A stretch of 64,000 nt of DNA, taken from contig OZ296649.1 of the NCBI GenBank assembly GCA_965655095.1, forward strand, positions 103,974,001 through 104,038,000. The letters run 5' to 3'. The notes under the pieces are model-generated. The model was not told the origin of the DNA, ran no database searches, and worked only from the letters and a program-made list of their open reading frames with translations. This stretch comes from Haplodiscus bocki. Its lineage: Eukaryota. The position numbers were made by a program, and so were the translations under genes. Below, piece by piece: positions 47,370-60,299 of the stretch (within the stretch, counting starts at the first letter, position 1; each line of letters begins with the position of its first letter).

Positions 47370-48217
47370 TGAATTTTCGTCATTGAAGTAAAACATCACA
47401 TCAAACGTCCGAGTGAAAGTTAAAATCCTAATGCCGCGTCGTCAACTTGTCCAAACTGGAATCAATTGAGCTTCATTGAAAAATTCTGAATGGCAGCGTT
47501 GAAATGGGACTTTTGGCAATTCAATGTTGCTATTACACAAACAGTTACAAAATTTTGCATCAGAAAGGTTCTTCAGTAGACGGTAAATGGAATTCAAGCG
47601 ATGTCTGACAATTTTGTCCCCGAAACACAACACTCACGTCAGACAATTTTGCAGTGTTGGTCAAAGTTCAGTGATGCTGCCGCTAGTTCTTTGTTTCAGT
47701 TGTGCAGCTCGGTGGATCTTGAACTGGACTTTGCCGTGGAAATAGATCTGGTGTGGATGAGGTGTGACTGGGTTCGGTGGATGACGTCAAGGGATCGCAG
47801 CGGGTGGTTGATAGGGAGCACAAGCGGGCTTTTTAGCCTAAAAAGATAGTTCTTCTCTGTGTTGCATGTCAGAATTTTTTCCGAACTTTCACAAGGTTAA
47901 ATTTTACTATTTCAGGTCTTGACAAAAGACATTGCCGCTGTTGGAGACAGCAGTTTATTGGCGAGCGGACAAGATTCTTGGATGCATGGATCACAATCCT
48001 CTCTGGTTAGTTGAGAGAGCCTTTTCAGTATTTCAATTGTTATTCTTCTGAGCTGTTGATTTTGAGATCAGCTCTCATCAATTTTAAAAACATTGTGAAC
48101 AAATATTTAAGTTAGTTATATTGATTTAAAGTTCAATATTTGACCTTAAATGTCAAGGTATTCGGGGTTTAATCTGAAGTTCATGTGTCCTCAACGAAGG
48201 TATTTTGTTTTAGTACA
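47370..48217 (-). repeat. 5' LTR
   Basis: Homologous to the 34131-34693 LTR; followed on the minus strand by TGGTGTTGG, a possible PBS. Inner boundary approximate. Confidence 0.72.
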
Positions 48218-48911
48218 TGACAAGGAGTTGCGATGACCGTTGATACCAGCAGCTTTTTCAATGGGGTTCCATTTCTGTTGGGCATATCTTTCAATAAAAA
48301 GTTCAATTTCAAAAGAACTTTCAATTCAGTGAGAAGTCATCTTTGAATGAGAATCTTTCAAAAAAACTTGAATGAATGCGAAATATAAAGCTCCTGAAAC
48401 TTGAGTAATTGACTCCTGATTAGTCGTGGAGATACTTTCCGCCGGCCGGCAAAAAACAGCGGTCGGAGAATAAATAGTCAAGAGCACCTATTGATAAAAC
48501 TCAACAAAAACCAAGATTTTTCTTCAAGATTTAAGTTTCAAGATTTGAGAAGGCATTTTCTAGTTTTTGTTCAATGCATCGTAAATTTTCAACGTCCACG
48601 CAATCATATTCTTCTCAAGTTTCCGAGAATATTTTGTTTCTCCTACTTTTGTCTGAAATTGTCATTTCGAAGTGTTTCGTGCTCATAGTCTACTACTAAT
48701 CATCAGCGTCTAGTCGCATCATTTAAAATCAGGACTGCACTATGATAATTGAAATGTTATGCTAGAGTTAATTTTTCTGGAACACAGACAAATTTGTCTA
48801 TTGGTTAGACTTTTCAAAAACATGCATCAAACATGCCAAACAAAGAGCGCCAAAAAATTGAGTAAATTAAAACAAATAGCGCTTCTAATTGCATAAAAGT
48901 ATCTCATACAC

Positions 48912-49478
48912 TCAAAGAAGGCTGCATGTCATTTTCTATCAGCTAGTTGTTCACTCCAATCCTTTGGAGGTAATTTTTCTATAATTGTACGGACCATGGT
49001 CTGAAAACGTTCTTCAACTTTCTCGAAAAGATCATGGTCACTTTCAATAAGAGGAATACTTCAGGCAGCAGCAAACTCTTCAACCTCACTCAGTGTCACA
49101 CCTCCCGTCTTAGTATAATCGCAAAACCCACCGATCGCATTGGGAGGCCCCGATTTTTCAATTCCTGCAACCAATCATCTAACTTTTGGAGCATGTTGGG
49201 GTAGGCAGAATCGTAAACAACTACGAATCCATGAGTTCCACGGAAATAACTGGGCGGAATAGTTCTGAAACGTTCTCCACACATACGATGCCAAACTTGC
49301 AATATCACCAGCTTGGAATCCAGCGCCAAACGTCTCACTCGGAAATCAACCCCGATAGTCATGCGAGGAATGTTTCTTCGCACAAGGTGACGAAACTCCT
49401 CGTTTTACACATACAATGGTCTCAGATGACTAAAATTTTCAAAAGATGATCAAGTTTCCGTCCAGCGTCTGATTTCAT
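48912..49478 (-). pseudogene. Pseudogene copy of the divergent Rab1-like gene
   Basis: Very similar to 57042-57653 including the upstream flank, but with an in-frame stop (VI*DHC) and internal deletions. Confidence 0.88.
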
Positions 49479-51099
49479 CGTTGGTAGATACACACTACTG
49501 CAAATCGAAGTACATGTAGTTTAACGAACATTACGGATGCCGCTGCAGGAAATGATGCTGAATTGAAATGGTGGGTCCACGTATGTATCATTAAGCATCT
49601 CAAATTATGAGAAACTCAAGTTTAAAGCAGCTTAACTGATGAACGACTATAAGTTTGTTTGAAAAAAATCCTTAAGGTATTAAAACGCCAATTTAGTTGA
49701 AATCATGAACGCAAGAAAATTTCTGATAAAGTAAAAAATGGAACAAGACCCCGAATGACATCTTCAACTCCACTAAGCAAGAACTAATCATTCAGAAAAA
49801 TGTGAGCTGCGTATCGAAGGTGAAACAAGAGACGCAGCGGCACTGCGATATTTTCTGTCGACCAGAACTCAAGCATTATGTGCAAGTGCGAAGTTGTTAA
49901 TTAGAACTTACCTGTTATTAGAGGCATACATCTCATAAATGTATTTTAATAGAAGATTGAATTTTATTTCAGAGATATCGCAGAAAGCACTCAAAAATGA
50001 ATCAAGAGGCTGCCAACACAATTGTTTTTGATGTAAAGATGAGTTACTTTGTTCACTTGAAAAAAAGTTCTAAGAAGAAACCTACAGCAAATTTCGAAAA
50101 TTTGGTTGTGATAATTTGCTCAAAAACAAAATCGCAAACACTGGAGAACTTAGTGCTAGGGTCCTGGCAAGTACTCTTCACGGAAAGCGGAAAAAATCAA
50201 TCGAGAAGTTCGAAAAACAATCAATTGCCCTGTTGAGGCGCACAGAGAAGAGGGAAAAATCTGAACTAAACCCGCGGCTGTTCAGTCGCTGATTGTAGTC
50301 GTAAGGCCCTTGCAACTACTTTCGAGCTCTTATGGACGAGGAATAGACCTCGGAAAGTTACTCATTTCCGAAAAACACGAGAAAAGTTGCGAGTATTCGT
50401 GCGTGCTCAAAACTTGGGAAAGTTTTGATGCAAAAAAGTGAGGCGTATGGCAACGAAGTGTCTCGTCGAGACACTGTCGCTCAATTGGAACAACTCTCGA
50501 ATTAGAAAATGCGAAAAAAATATTTTGAGCAGCAGACATTATCAGAAAAAAAAACAGAAACAGATCCATTTCTCGACGGTTTGCCAGGAAATCAATTGTC
50601 AGAAGATTTGGAAGGTTACCAAAATTCATTAGAAAGCAACACGGAAATTCAAGTGTCTATTTGAGCCTCCGAAAAATAAGCTTCCAAGCCAATAGGAAAG
50701 GGAGGTGGATCTTCAAAGAGTGAAATCTTCGATACATTTTACGCAAATCATCAGCTTTTGATGTTTCATCGCACAAAAACCTGCTCATTCCTGATAGATG
50801 GTTGTCTAATTGTCACGTTGATTTGAAAGTTGCGTCAATTGGGCATTGGATCCGCATAATACAACTGTCACGAGCGAAAACGTTGTCGAAACTAGACCAT
50901 GTTGGGATCGTTCACAAAAAAAACCAATCAACAACGTTCAAAATCCAGCACAAAATAAGCATAGACTTATTATTTTGCGCCATATTAAAAATATGGAAGC
51001 AAAATCTTCCTCTCAAATGCGCTGACGTTTTTTTCACCCGATGTTTGCCAATTGCGTTCACGCCAACATCGGCAATTTTGTTCACGTCTGAACTCGAAA

Positions 51100-51475
51100 T
51101 TATTTTTTCACCAAATTGTAGCAAATTTGCCGTAGAATGCGACTGGAATAGAAAGAATTCTCAAAACGTTCAAAATTTGGGGTTTTTTGGAGAAGTAGAT
51201 AGGTTTTTCGAAAAATAATCTTGAAACTTTTTCAAAATCGCTACATGTGGCAAATTTTTTCTAGAATGCGTCTCAAATGTTATTTTTTCTTGAAAATGTC
51301 TTTCCATCTTAGTTTTGAAGTTTTTTTGGCGAAAATCAAAAAAATTAAAGTTGGAAAAGTTAGAAAATCTGATGAACAGATTATTTCAAACAAAAACGCT
51401 TTCATCCTTCTAAAAGGCATCTTTAACAATGTTGGAGGGCGCAAAATATCCCGGAGGTAACCGGGCGTCTTGTTT
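51100..51475 (+). mobile_element. Fragment of the same HINE-like repeat family as the 40200-40445 end
   Basis: Shared TTGGAAAAGTTAGAAAA block and CCCGG...CCGGG hairpin followed by a CTTGTT end. Confidence 0.55.
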
Positions 51476-52559
51476 GAATTCTAGTTGAAAGAACAATGCA
51501 GGAAAAAAACGAAGTGAATTATAAATTTGGAGTTATGAAGAGTCGAATAGGATCGAGTATTCGAAAAACATCTCAATTTCAAAGTCAGGTTCGCAGAAAG
51601 ATTATCGAGAACATCTTCGATAGCAACATAGATTCATTGCTTTGTAGAAAAGGACTTCCCTGGTACTTTTGAGAATAATTTCGGTTTTTTAAAGGCCTGA
51701 GTGCCAAAACATAGGTCTTCCAACATGACAAACTACCGATAAAACAGACAAAACTAGCATGATTCCAATGTTTATCAGCAAAAAAAACTATCGAAAACTT
51801 TTTCGGAAAGCCACCACAAATCAATCGGTATTTCAAAATCTCCTTGTTGCTTGAACGTTATAATCAGGTGATCTGAGGTATCTATGAAAATGCAAGATTT
51901 TCAATGTGACAAAGTTGAACATACGACAAAGTGACCGCCAACAAAATTAATGTTATATATACAAGTCCATTATTTTACTGTATATGCCAAAATAACGTAA
52001 TTCAGAAGCCTGTAGGCAAAAAACAAGGACTGAGTATATGACTGGGTATCAACAAACTAGACAAATATTTCTACCTTCATAAGTTTTAAAATTTATGAAT
52101 CCTGCTAGAAATGATTTTCAAAACTAGGAAGTTCCAAAAAAACGATTTTGATTGCCCAGAAGAACCTTTTGAGTAAAGACATTTTTAGGAAAATTCTTTT
52201 GGTCGATTTTTTCGTATTCAGTGCTAAAAATTTAAGCTAGTGTCCGAAACTTTTCGAAGCCATTGCAATTTGTTTCCACAAAATAGCAATCACAAAAAAC
52301 TAGTTCAGAGGGCTACCGTGACTACTCTGAATAAAAAACGTATGGCCAAGAAAATTGAACGACAGTCCACGCGCGCACTCAGCTACAGGTCAAGCCGAAT
52401 TTGCAAATCAGCAGCGAAAGAAGTTCACACGCTTTATTTCGTAATTTCATTGACCGAAAATAAAAACAAATCGAAAGCTTTCCGAAAGTCAGCCGCTCTC
52501 CAACAACTTGACCGACTAAGCTGGGCCATAAAACAACTCGCATTTGATTTGGTACCGCA

Positions 52560-53540
52560 TGATAAAGTAAATTGATAATTCCAAAATGTTAGAGACAGAC
52601 AGAGATAACACTGTATTATTGTATAGGGATAGCTGACACTAAATATACAAGTGAGAATGATTTATGCATCTAGCATAAATGATTTTACCAATGTAATATA
52701 AAGGCATTGGGTTATTTGAAGCGGAAATCCGGCAAAGTATTGCTAATTGTACAGGGACTGCGTTACACTCACTTAAAAGGAAACTTTTCAGTCTACTTTT
52801 GAATACCTGAAGACTTACACTTGTATCTCGCATGCTTACGGGCAGCGAGTTCAACTTCAAGGAAATATGGTCAACTTCAAGGAAATATGGTGAAAGAAAG
52901 ATTTGGAGGATCATGAAACAGAGGTATCTTGCCCAAAAGAATTATTTGATTCGAACGGTTGTTCAATCGGAAATTTGCCGTGGGTAGGTTTATTCTGTCC
53001 CCAAATGCTTTTTTTCTTTTGTTGATATACTGGAAAAATAGGTCAATGACTTCATCTCAATAAGTTGCCGAATGCCAAGTACACTTTTCTATATTCTCAA
53101 ATCAAATGAACCCCTAATACTGGAACGAAAATTACCAGACTTTAAAGCCCAATTCATCTGTTTCTCTAATGATAGTAATAACGGTGAGGAAATTCGCAGC
53201 AGAAATAAAGCAGAATTTTCGAAGTCACTCAAAACAAGAGCGTCGAAAAGCATAAGAACTGTTGTCGGAAATTTATGTTGTATAGTTTTGATGATTTTGA
53301 TACCCACAGCCATTTTCTTCAACTCCTTTTTGGTTTCAGTCTGGAAATCTAGGTGCTTATCAATTGTTATACCTAGGTACTTACACTGATTCGACTTTTC
53401 AATTTTGAATGAGCCAACTACTGTTTCTGAGTCCTGCAGACGTTTATCACTTTTACAAGAAAAGGTGATGAATTCTGTTTTACTGCCGCTCAAATTCAAA
53501 CGATTAAGAGAGAAGTAATTTTCCAGTTTTACAATTATCC
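52560..53540 (-). mobile_element. 3' fragment of a CR1/L2-type LINE (RT thumb and C-terminus)
   Basis: LNLSGSKTEFITF...KYLGITIDKHLDF; LNSLPVSMRD...FKSRLKSFLL. Confidence 0.82.
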
Positions 53541-54489
53541 AGTTAGAAAAAGATGACAGTCGTGAAAATAGATTTAATCACGTGAAAAAAAGGAATACTA
53601 GTCAACAGCGGGTTAATACATCAAAAACATTTCATATAGATATTTCTCACATTTCGATCATTAGAAATATGTGAATTATCGGAAGGGCATAGCCATGTTC
53701 CGATTTGAAATCATCACGAGGTTCAAAAAACAGAAAACGAAAACTGAAAAATCCGAAAAAAAAATCAGTTTTAAGTTCAATGAACATAAAAGAAAACATC
53801 ATAGACTCAGAGCGAGGTGCCGCTGCCGAACTCATTCCCACGATTCAAGGGCTGGCAGCGACCTAGTGATTTGAATTGCCTCCAGCAAAGTAGAAGAGAC
53901 TGCTGCGCCGGTCAATCTAAGTTGTGTTCTCCATGATGCAGGAATGATCAACTTGAAAGCTGCGGAAACGATCTCCCAAGGGCACCGCTTTTCCACAGTC
54001 CTCAGTCAAACGGTTCACCAAGTGCCGCCGCGTTCAGCCATTATACTCGGCTTGAAACCAAGGACAAGTGGTTCAGTAAACCACCTTAGATTGTAATTTT
54101 GTAGAAATGGGTGCTTTTAAACCTGGAAGAACGAACTACTGGAAGTTTTATCGTTGTTTGAATTATTTGTAAACTTGTAATTTCTGGTTGTTAACATTTT
54201 GTAAACTTTGTTTCTTTGCTTCTTTTTTCTGGTTTCAAGTAAGGCTTTGAGAGGTTTCAAACTTTCGTGAAACAATTCTATGACGAAGTAATGAAAAATA
54301 AACGATGTACGGCACCACCAACGACAAATTTGTGGGGCATTTTGACGAAAAAATCAAATAAATAGTAATAGGCTTCTTCTTTCACCCACTCATATGCACC
54401 GGTGTACCAGTTCTCACTAATTTGAGATATGAAAATGAAATGGTGCATTCGGATTCTGTCTTTAGAAAGAACTTCAAATTGGAGTGGAG

Positions 54490-55080
54490 CTGACTCAAAA
54501 TTTAAGACGTCAGGTACAATGTTTGCTGTCACGCTCCCAAGGTGGACCTCTTGTCAACGCCCTCTACTTGAGTGAAGTATCCATCAGTGCTTACTATTTG
54601 AACATTAATCGTGGCCAATAGGAACAACTGGATCAGAATCAGATTGGACAGGTTAAATCAGTTTCATCTAATATGTCATTAGCCTCATGTAAGCAGCAGC
54701 AAGTTGTATCGTCTCACGAAGAAGTACTATCGTAAACAACGACGTGACATCCAACAATTCAAGAATCTCGTATAGTGTCAGTTCGACCAATTCGATCATC
54801 TGAGCTGCAATCTTTACTGCAATGAGTTTTGGATTCATCCACTTCCGCCAACAGTAGAGCCAAGAAGCATCCTAATTTGTCATACATTGGCCCAATATTG
54901 CACAATAGATCTTAACGGAAAGCCAGGCTTATGTACTTTGGTGAGGCAGTAGATTTTTACCAGAATACCTCCAAAGGAACTCAACTGGTTGCAACGCTTT
55001 TCAAAAAACTCAAATTTTTTCAAAAGTGTCTGTTAATCTGAGTTCACGCGGTCTTCTTAAGCCAGCAATGTGTCACGTGA
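54490..55080 (-). mobile_element. Penelope-like element reverse transcriptase fragment
   Basis: KIYCLTKVHKPGFPLRSIV and LLDVTSLFTIVL, matching the YGLPKxHK..PLRPIV and SLDVxSLFTNVP motifs. Confidence 0.78.
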
Positions 55081-55909
55081 ATTTTTGTGAGAAAATGTTG
55101 ATATAATTTTATGCGTAAATTTTGACTGCTGATTTAACTCAACATGATAAAACATAATTTGGCAAAATGGAAACGAAACGTTTAGTTCCATTTACACTGA
55201 TGCAAGTAAAGGAAAAAGACAGCCGTCAAGCACTGGCATATTTTCGCACAATGGATAACTGAATCGATAGGTTTGGCAGTAATTATTCGCTGAAATGGGC
55301 TAGAGGTTATGCCTCTAAATTGCAAAAACTATGCTTGGCGGTTCGAATCTCGAGCTCATTTCTTTTACTAGCAAAATTGGCAAAACATGTCTGAAAGGAA
55401 AACGCCCATCGAATTATTGTTCTTTCACATTTAAAATATGGCACGAAAAATATAGTAAAAACTGCTGAACAGGGGAGTCAAATTGAGCCACTACACGATG
55501 AGGAAATTCATTGGAACATTGAAATGAGTCGACAATTTCGTCAGCCATTTATATTGCCACTTTCTGAAAAAACGATACGCCAAAATACATTTGACTGTAT
55601 TAAAACTTTGACAGAAACTTAAAGCACTCCTAACAAATTTCTGGCCGGCAATTGGTTATGTGCATCCAAGAGCAATGAAACTAGGTTCCGATGCTTAAAA
55701 ATATGCTTTGAACCTTGATTTCGAAAAACTCAAAACATTCCATTTTTCACAGAAAAAAAGTAATCATTATCCTTCAAAAATACAGAAACATCGTCTATTG
55801 TAGAAAAAATATATAATCAGAGTCAATGAAAGTGATCGACAGCGCTGCGATATTTACCGTCGACGGTGGGTCAGAAATGGCCCGAAAATGAGCGTGCTGA
55901 TATGAAAGA

Positions 55910-56460
55910 AAAATAAGCACCCTGGGGTACGAGGAGGCCCGCTCTTAGCACAGTAAGTACATTTTAGTCAAAAACTGGTATTCTCAAAACTGATTTTCAG
56001 AGGAACATTTGGGAGAATTTTTTTCCGGACTTTGACAGAATCATTTTTGGACTTGGATTGGGCTATTTTTTTCCGGCAAAATGTCAATATTGCATTGTGT
56101 CCAGGGGAACGTTTTGGGAAAAAATTTTTCATTAACTTAGATTTTTTCCGGGACTTTGATAAAAAAATTTTTCAGACTTTGTGCGAAAAGTTTTCAGAAG
56201 GGTTGTCAAAACTGCACACCGCGTGTCTAGGGGAAATATGTAGAAAATTTTTTGAAGAACAATTTTCAAATTTATAAATTTCATCGGACTTGAGCGAAAA
56301 ATTTTAGACAGGGTTGCCAAAACTGCATTCTACCTGTCCAGGCGAACATTTAGGTAAAAACTTTTAGAAAAATTATAATTTTATCAAAAAAATTTCGAGA
56401 CTTTTAGCAAAAAACAAACGATCATTTTTATCCGAAATTGGCAAATTTCCGGAGAAAAAA
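55910..56460 (+). repeat. Repeat with degenerate internal ~120-bp units
   Basis: Recurrent TTTTCCGGACTTTG and AAAACTGCA...GTCCAGG.GAACATTT blocks. Confidence 0.6.
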
Positions 56461-57041
56461 AAGGTCTACATACTGAGAGAATAATGTTCCTTTCGACGGA
56501 AAATAATAAGAACAAAGTTTATTCAATCACCTAAGAGAAACCCTCCAAAAAACCTGATAAATTTGTATGTTTGGCGGAGAATAATAAGGAAGTTTTTTTC
56601 TATCGCCGAAGAGAAACCCTAAGAGAAAAATCTGACAAACTTGTATTTTTCGCTCAGTATTAACTATTTTTAATCAAGTTGACAATTGTAATGGCAATAA
56701 AGATATCTTATAAGTCTGCAAAAGATCGAGGGGTGTATAATATAGATCCTGCACTTTAAACCATAATTTCAGGCAGCCAATTTTGGTTCTAGAGGATGTT
56801 GATGTCACTTTAAAATAACAATAGACAATGATTTTCGATCAAGGAACAATGGAATATCGACCAAAGGCCTTCGTTTTAACCAAGGACATACAAGTACCCA
56901 TAATCCATCGTTTAGTCTAAATGGTATGCACGGAAACAATTAGTCTCTACGCTATTTGAATCTGCAACTGATGAGAATATCAAAATAAAAATTTGATCAA
57001 ACTGCTGATAACAAAAATATATTGAAGGCCAGTTTGAACTA

Positions 57042-57653
57042 TCAGAGAAAGCTGCATGTGGTTTTCTTTCCACAAGTTGGCTGTTCAATCGAATCATTTG
57101 GAGGTAAATTTTGTATAATGGCACGGACCATGGTCTGAAAACTTTCTTCCACTTTCTCCAAACGATCATGGTCAAGTTCAATAAGAGGAATACTTCGAGC
57201 AGCAGCAAACTCTTCAACCTCACTCAGTGTCACACCTTCCGTCTTAGTATAATCGCAAAACCCACCGATGAACAATTTTTCAGTATTGAGAGGCCCCGAT
57301 TTTTCAATTTCCTGCAACCAATCATCTAACTTTTGGAGCGTTTTGGGGTCGGCAGAATCGTAAACAACTACGAATCCATGAGTTCCACGGAAATAACTGG
57401 GTAAAATAGTTCTGAAACGTTCTCCACCCGTAGGGTACCAGACTTGCACTTTCACTAGCTTGGAATCCAGCGCCAAACGTCTCACTCGGAAATCAATCCC
57501 GATAGTAATTAGTTGGTCATCCAAGGAATATGTTTCTTCGCACAAAGTGAAGTAACTCCGCGTTTTACAAATGCAATGGTCTCCTATGACTACAATTTTC
57601 AGAAGATGATCAGGTTCCCGTCCAGCGTCAGATTTCATCGTTGAATAATGCAC
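57042..57653 (-). CDS. Divergent Rab1-like protein, predicted pseudo-GTPase, intronless
   Basis: Colinear with Rab1; IGIDF, KVQVW, RFRTI, YFRG and VVYD retained; G1 GDHCICKT, G3 WYPTGGE, G4 GGFCD; C-terminal CSFL. Confidence 0.88.
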   Translation of the reverse strand: MHYSTMKSDAGREPDHLLKIVVIGDHCICKTRSYFTLCEETYSLDDQLITIGIDFRVRRLALDSKLVKVQVWYPTGGERFRTILPSYFRGTHGFVVVYDSADPKTLQKLDDWLQEIEKSGPLNTEKLFIGGFCDYTKTEGVTLSEVEEFAAARSIPLIELDHDRLEKVEESFQTMVRAIIQNLPPNDSIEQPTCGKKTTCSFL

Positions 57654-58980
57654 ACTATATCTTGTAGTTGAACGAATATTAATGAGCTTGAATTCAAATG
57701 GTTAGTCGACATGTATCATTAAAACATCTCAAATTATGAACAACTCAAGTTTACAGTAGCTAAACGGATGAACGGCTGTTGGTTTGTTTGACAAAAAACA
57801 TTCCTTTTGTCATTAAAATGGGAATCTAGTTAAATTCAAGAACGCATCAAAATTTCAATAAGACCAAAATATAGGAACCAGGCCTCAAAATGACTTGTTG
57901 AATTCCACTAAGGACCAATCAACTAAATAACATATCAATTGTGAAAGTTCCGTGTCGAAAGTGAAACAACCCAAAGACTTCCTCAAAGACAGAGCCGCCC
58001 TCCACACATTAAGCGACTAGATTAGGCAAGCAAACAATTCGCATTCGATTCAGTACCCCATGATTTAAAAATTTTGTAAAATTAATTTCCGCAAATTGAA
58101 AATCAGGAGTGTTTCTTCCAACCAATGAAACCACATATAACAAACATACCATTCAGCACCGAGTGAATCCATATAAAAACAGATGTCATGTAGACAAGTC
58201 TCCAAATTTCAACATTGGAAGTATTCTGACATAGTCAGCGCGAACACGTTTAACCAAAATTTTTCCAATATGAAAATGAAACGCTGGGTTCCATTTATAT
58301 TAATCTCGATAAAAAACAAGTTGTACTGATTATTATGAGTACAACTGAGCCAGGACCTATTGAAAAACTCATTCGCACGCACATTTGAATGACCTGAAAA
58401 TTTTCGACTCCCATTCAATTACCTCTTTTCGAAATGGAACCATATGGACCGCATTGATTCTTTGAATGGACAAGCTCCCCGAAAGTCTTGCTCGAAACTA
58501 AGACAAATCTTCAAATTTCCCTAACATTTGCCTAAGACTATGAATTGTGTCAGCAAAAACCCTTCCAAAAACACTCCAAATAAATTTCGGGCCGGTAATT
58601 TGTCACGCATGTCCAGCAAATAATGATACTTAGAAGCGATGCTAGGAAAATGCTTCGAAAAAATCCTATAACTAAAGCAACTCATTTATTGAAGCAAAAT
58701 TTTATACAAATCCTATAAAATTGCTGCTTATACAGAAGCATCGTTTATTATAGAAAAAATCGATAATCAGAATCCCTGAAATCGAGGAGGGACAATTTTA
58801 GCTTTGGAAAGCCAGAAAAAGTTATCATCAGGAACATCCAAGTTCCATTTTTAGTTTGAATGGCAAGCACTTCACTAAGCTATCTAAATCTGCAACTTGT
58901 AACATTTTCAAATTAAAAATTTTATCAAACTACTGATTACACAATAGAGTTTCTGATCCATTAGAAGTCCAGTTGAACAT

Positions 58981-59580
58981 TCAAAGAAAGCTACAAGTGG
59001 TTTTCTTTCCACAAGTTGGCTCTTCACTCGAATCATTTGGACGTAATTTCTTTATAATTGTACGGATCATGGTCTGAAAACTTTCGTCCACTTTTTCCAA
59101 AGTATCCTTGTTAAGTTCAACCAGAGGAATACTTCGAGCAGTAGCAAACTCTTCAACCTCACTCAGTGAGACACCTTTCGTCTTAGTATTATCGCAAAAC
59201 CCACCGATGAATAATTTTTCAGTATTGGGAGGCCCCGAACTCTCAATTTCTTGTATCCAATCATCCAAATTTTTGAGCGTATTGGGCTCAGCATAATCGA
59301 AAACAACTGCAAACCCATTAGCTCCACGGTATAAAAAGGGAGAAATATATCTAAAACGTTCTCCCCACATAGGATACCAGACTTTCACCTCCACCAGTTT
59401 GGAATCAAGCGTCAAACGTCTCCCTCGGAAATCAACACCAATAGAAGCTAGTTGATCATCAAATGAATAATTTTCTATTGTAAAGGTGTTAAAACTTCTG
59501 CTTCGACACCAGCAGCAATTGTCACCAAGGACAACAATTTTTAGAACATAATCGGGTTTCCGTTCAGCGTCAGCTTGCAT
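58981..59580 (-). CDS. Second divergent Rab1-like protein, intronless paralog
   Basis: Intact 199 aa paralog; G1 GDNCCWCRS, G3 WYPMWGE, G4 GGFCD; same CGKKTTCSFL tail. Confidence 0.88.
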   Translation of the reverse strand: MQADAERKPDYVLKIVVLGDNCCWCRSRSFNTFTIENYSFDDQLASIGVDFRGRRLTLDSKLVEVKVWYPMWGERFRYISPFLYRGANGFAVVFDYAEPNTLKNLDDWIQEIESSGPPNTEKLFIGGFCDNTKTKGVSLSEVEEFATARSIPLVELNKDTLEKVDESFQTMIRTIIKKLRPNDSSEEPTCGKKTTCSFL

Positions 59581-60299
59581 CGTTAGGCGATGTAGTTAAA
59601 CGAAGATTATAGGCGATTCTGTAAGTGATTGGGAAGTTGAATTAACAGCGATTGACCAAAGTATTTACCATTACAACATCTCAAAGAAGTCAAACAACTT
59701 CATATTACAGGACTGATCTTCAATGACGCTTGTTCAATGCGTGGGAGAAACGTTCTATTTGATGCAAAAATGTCAAGGCATTGAACTTATCAGAAACTAT
59801 GCCAGAAAAAAGACATGACAACAAGATTCAATATTTTGGATTGCCAGATCACACACCGAAAACCAATGAATTTATTATTTCCGCCCACATTTAATATTAG
59901 GAAAATCTTCAACGAAGGTCATCCTCTCATTGCTTTCATTTCTAACGTAAACTTCTCGTTGCATGATTCTGCAATGTTTTGCAATTGCAAGGTGGGAAAT
60001 TTGCAGCAGAATGCGAATGAAATGGTACTGTCATAGATGAAGAAGTATTCAGCCTGAAATGCTTTTCGTTGATCATTCTTTCATACTCTGGACACAGAGG
60101 CGAAGCGGAACTTTGCAACACATTCTGACTGGTTAGTTGAGATTACGGATCCCGAAAGAGATTTATCACTATGATTGGAGAAGTGATTGACACTTTCAAA
60201 AATACTATTCCAACTGTCAATCACCAGCTTGTTCGAAAAAAAATCACAGGGTCTCATTCGGAAAGTTGATATGCCAATCATGTCTTATTAAGTTACCGC

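Larger units (their letters stand above)
34131..48217 (-). mobile_element. Decayed Gypsy-type LTR retrotransposon with env-like gene and extra ORFs
   Basis: Paired diverged LTRs, PPT, and gag, RNase H end, integrase, macrodomain and env remnants, all on the minus strand. Left boundary is approximate. Confidence 0.8.

Noticed and set aside
34120-48225. Target-site duplication for the Gypsy element
   Set aside because: Flanks of the inferred ends do not match; the LTRs are old and the left boundary is uncertain.
49997-50700. Possible decayed coding sequence
   Set aside because: Looks protein-like in places but no family motif could be recognised.
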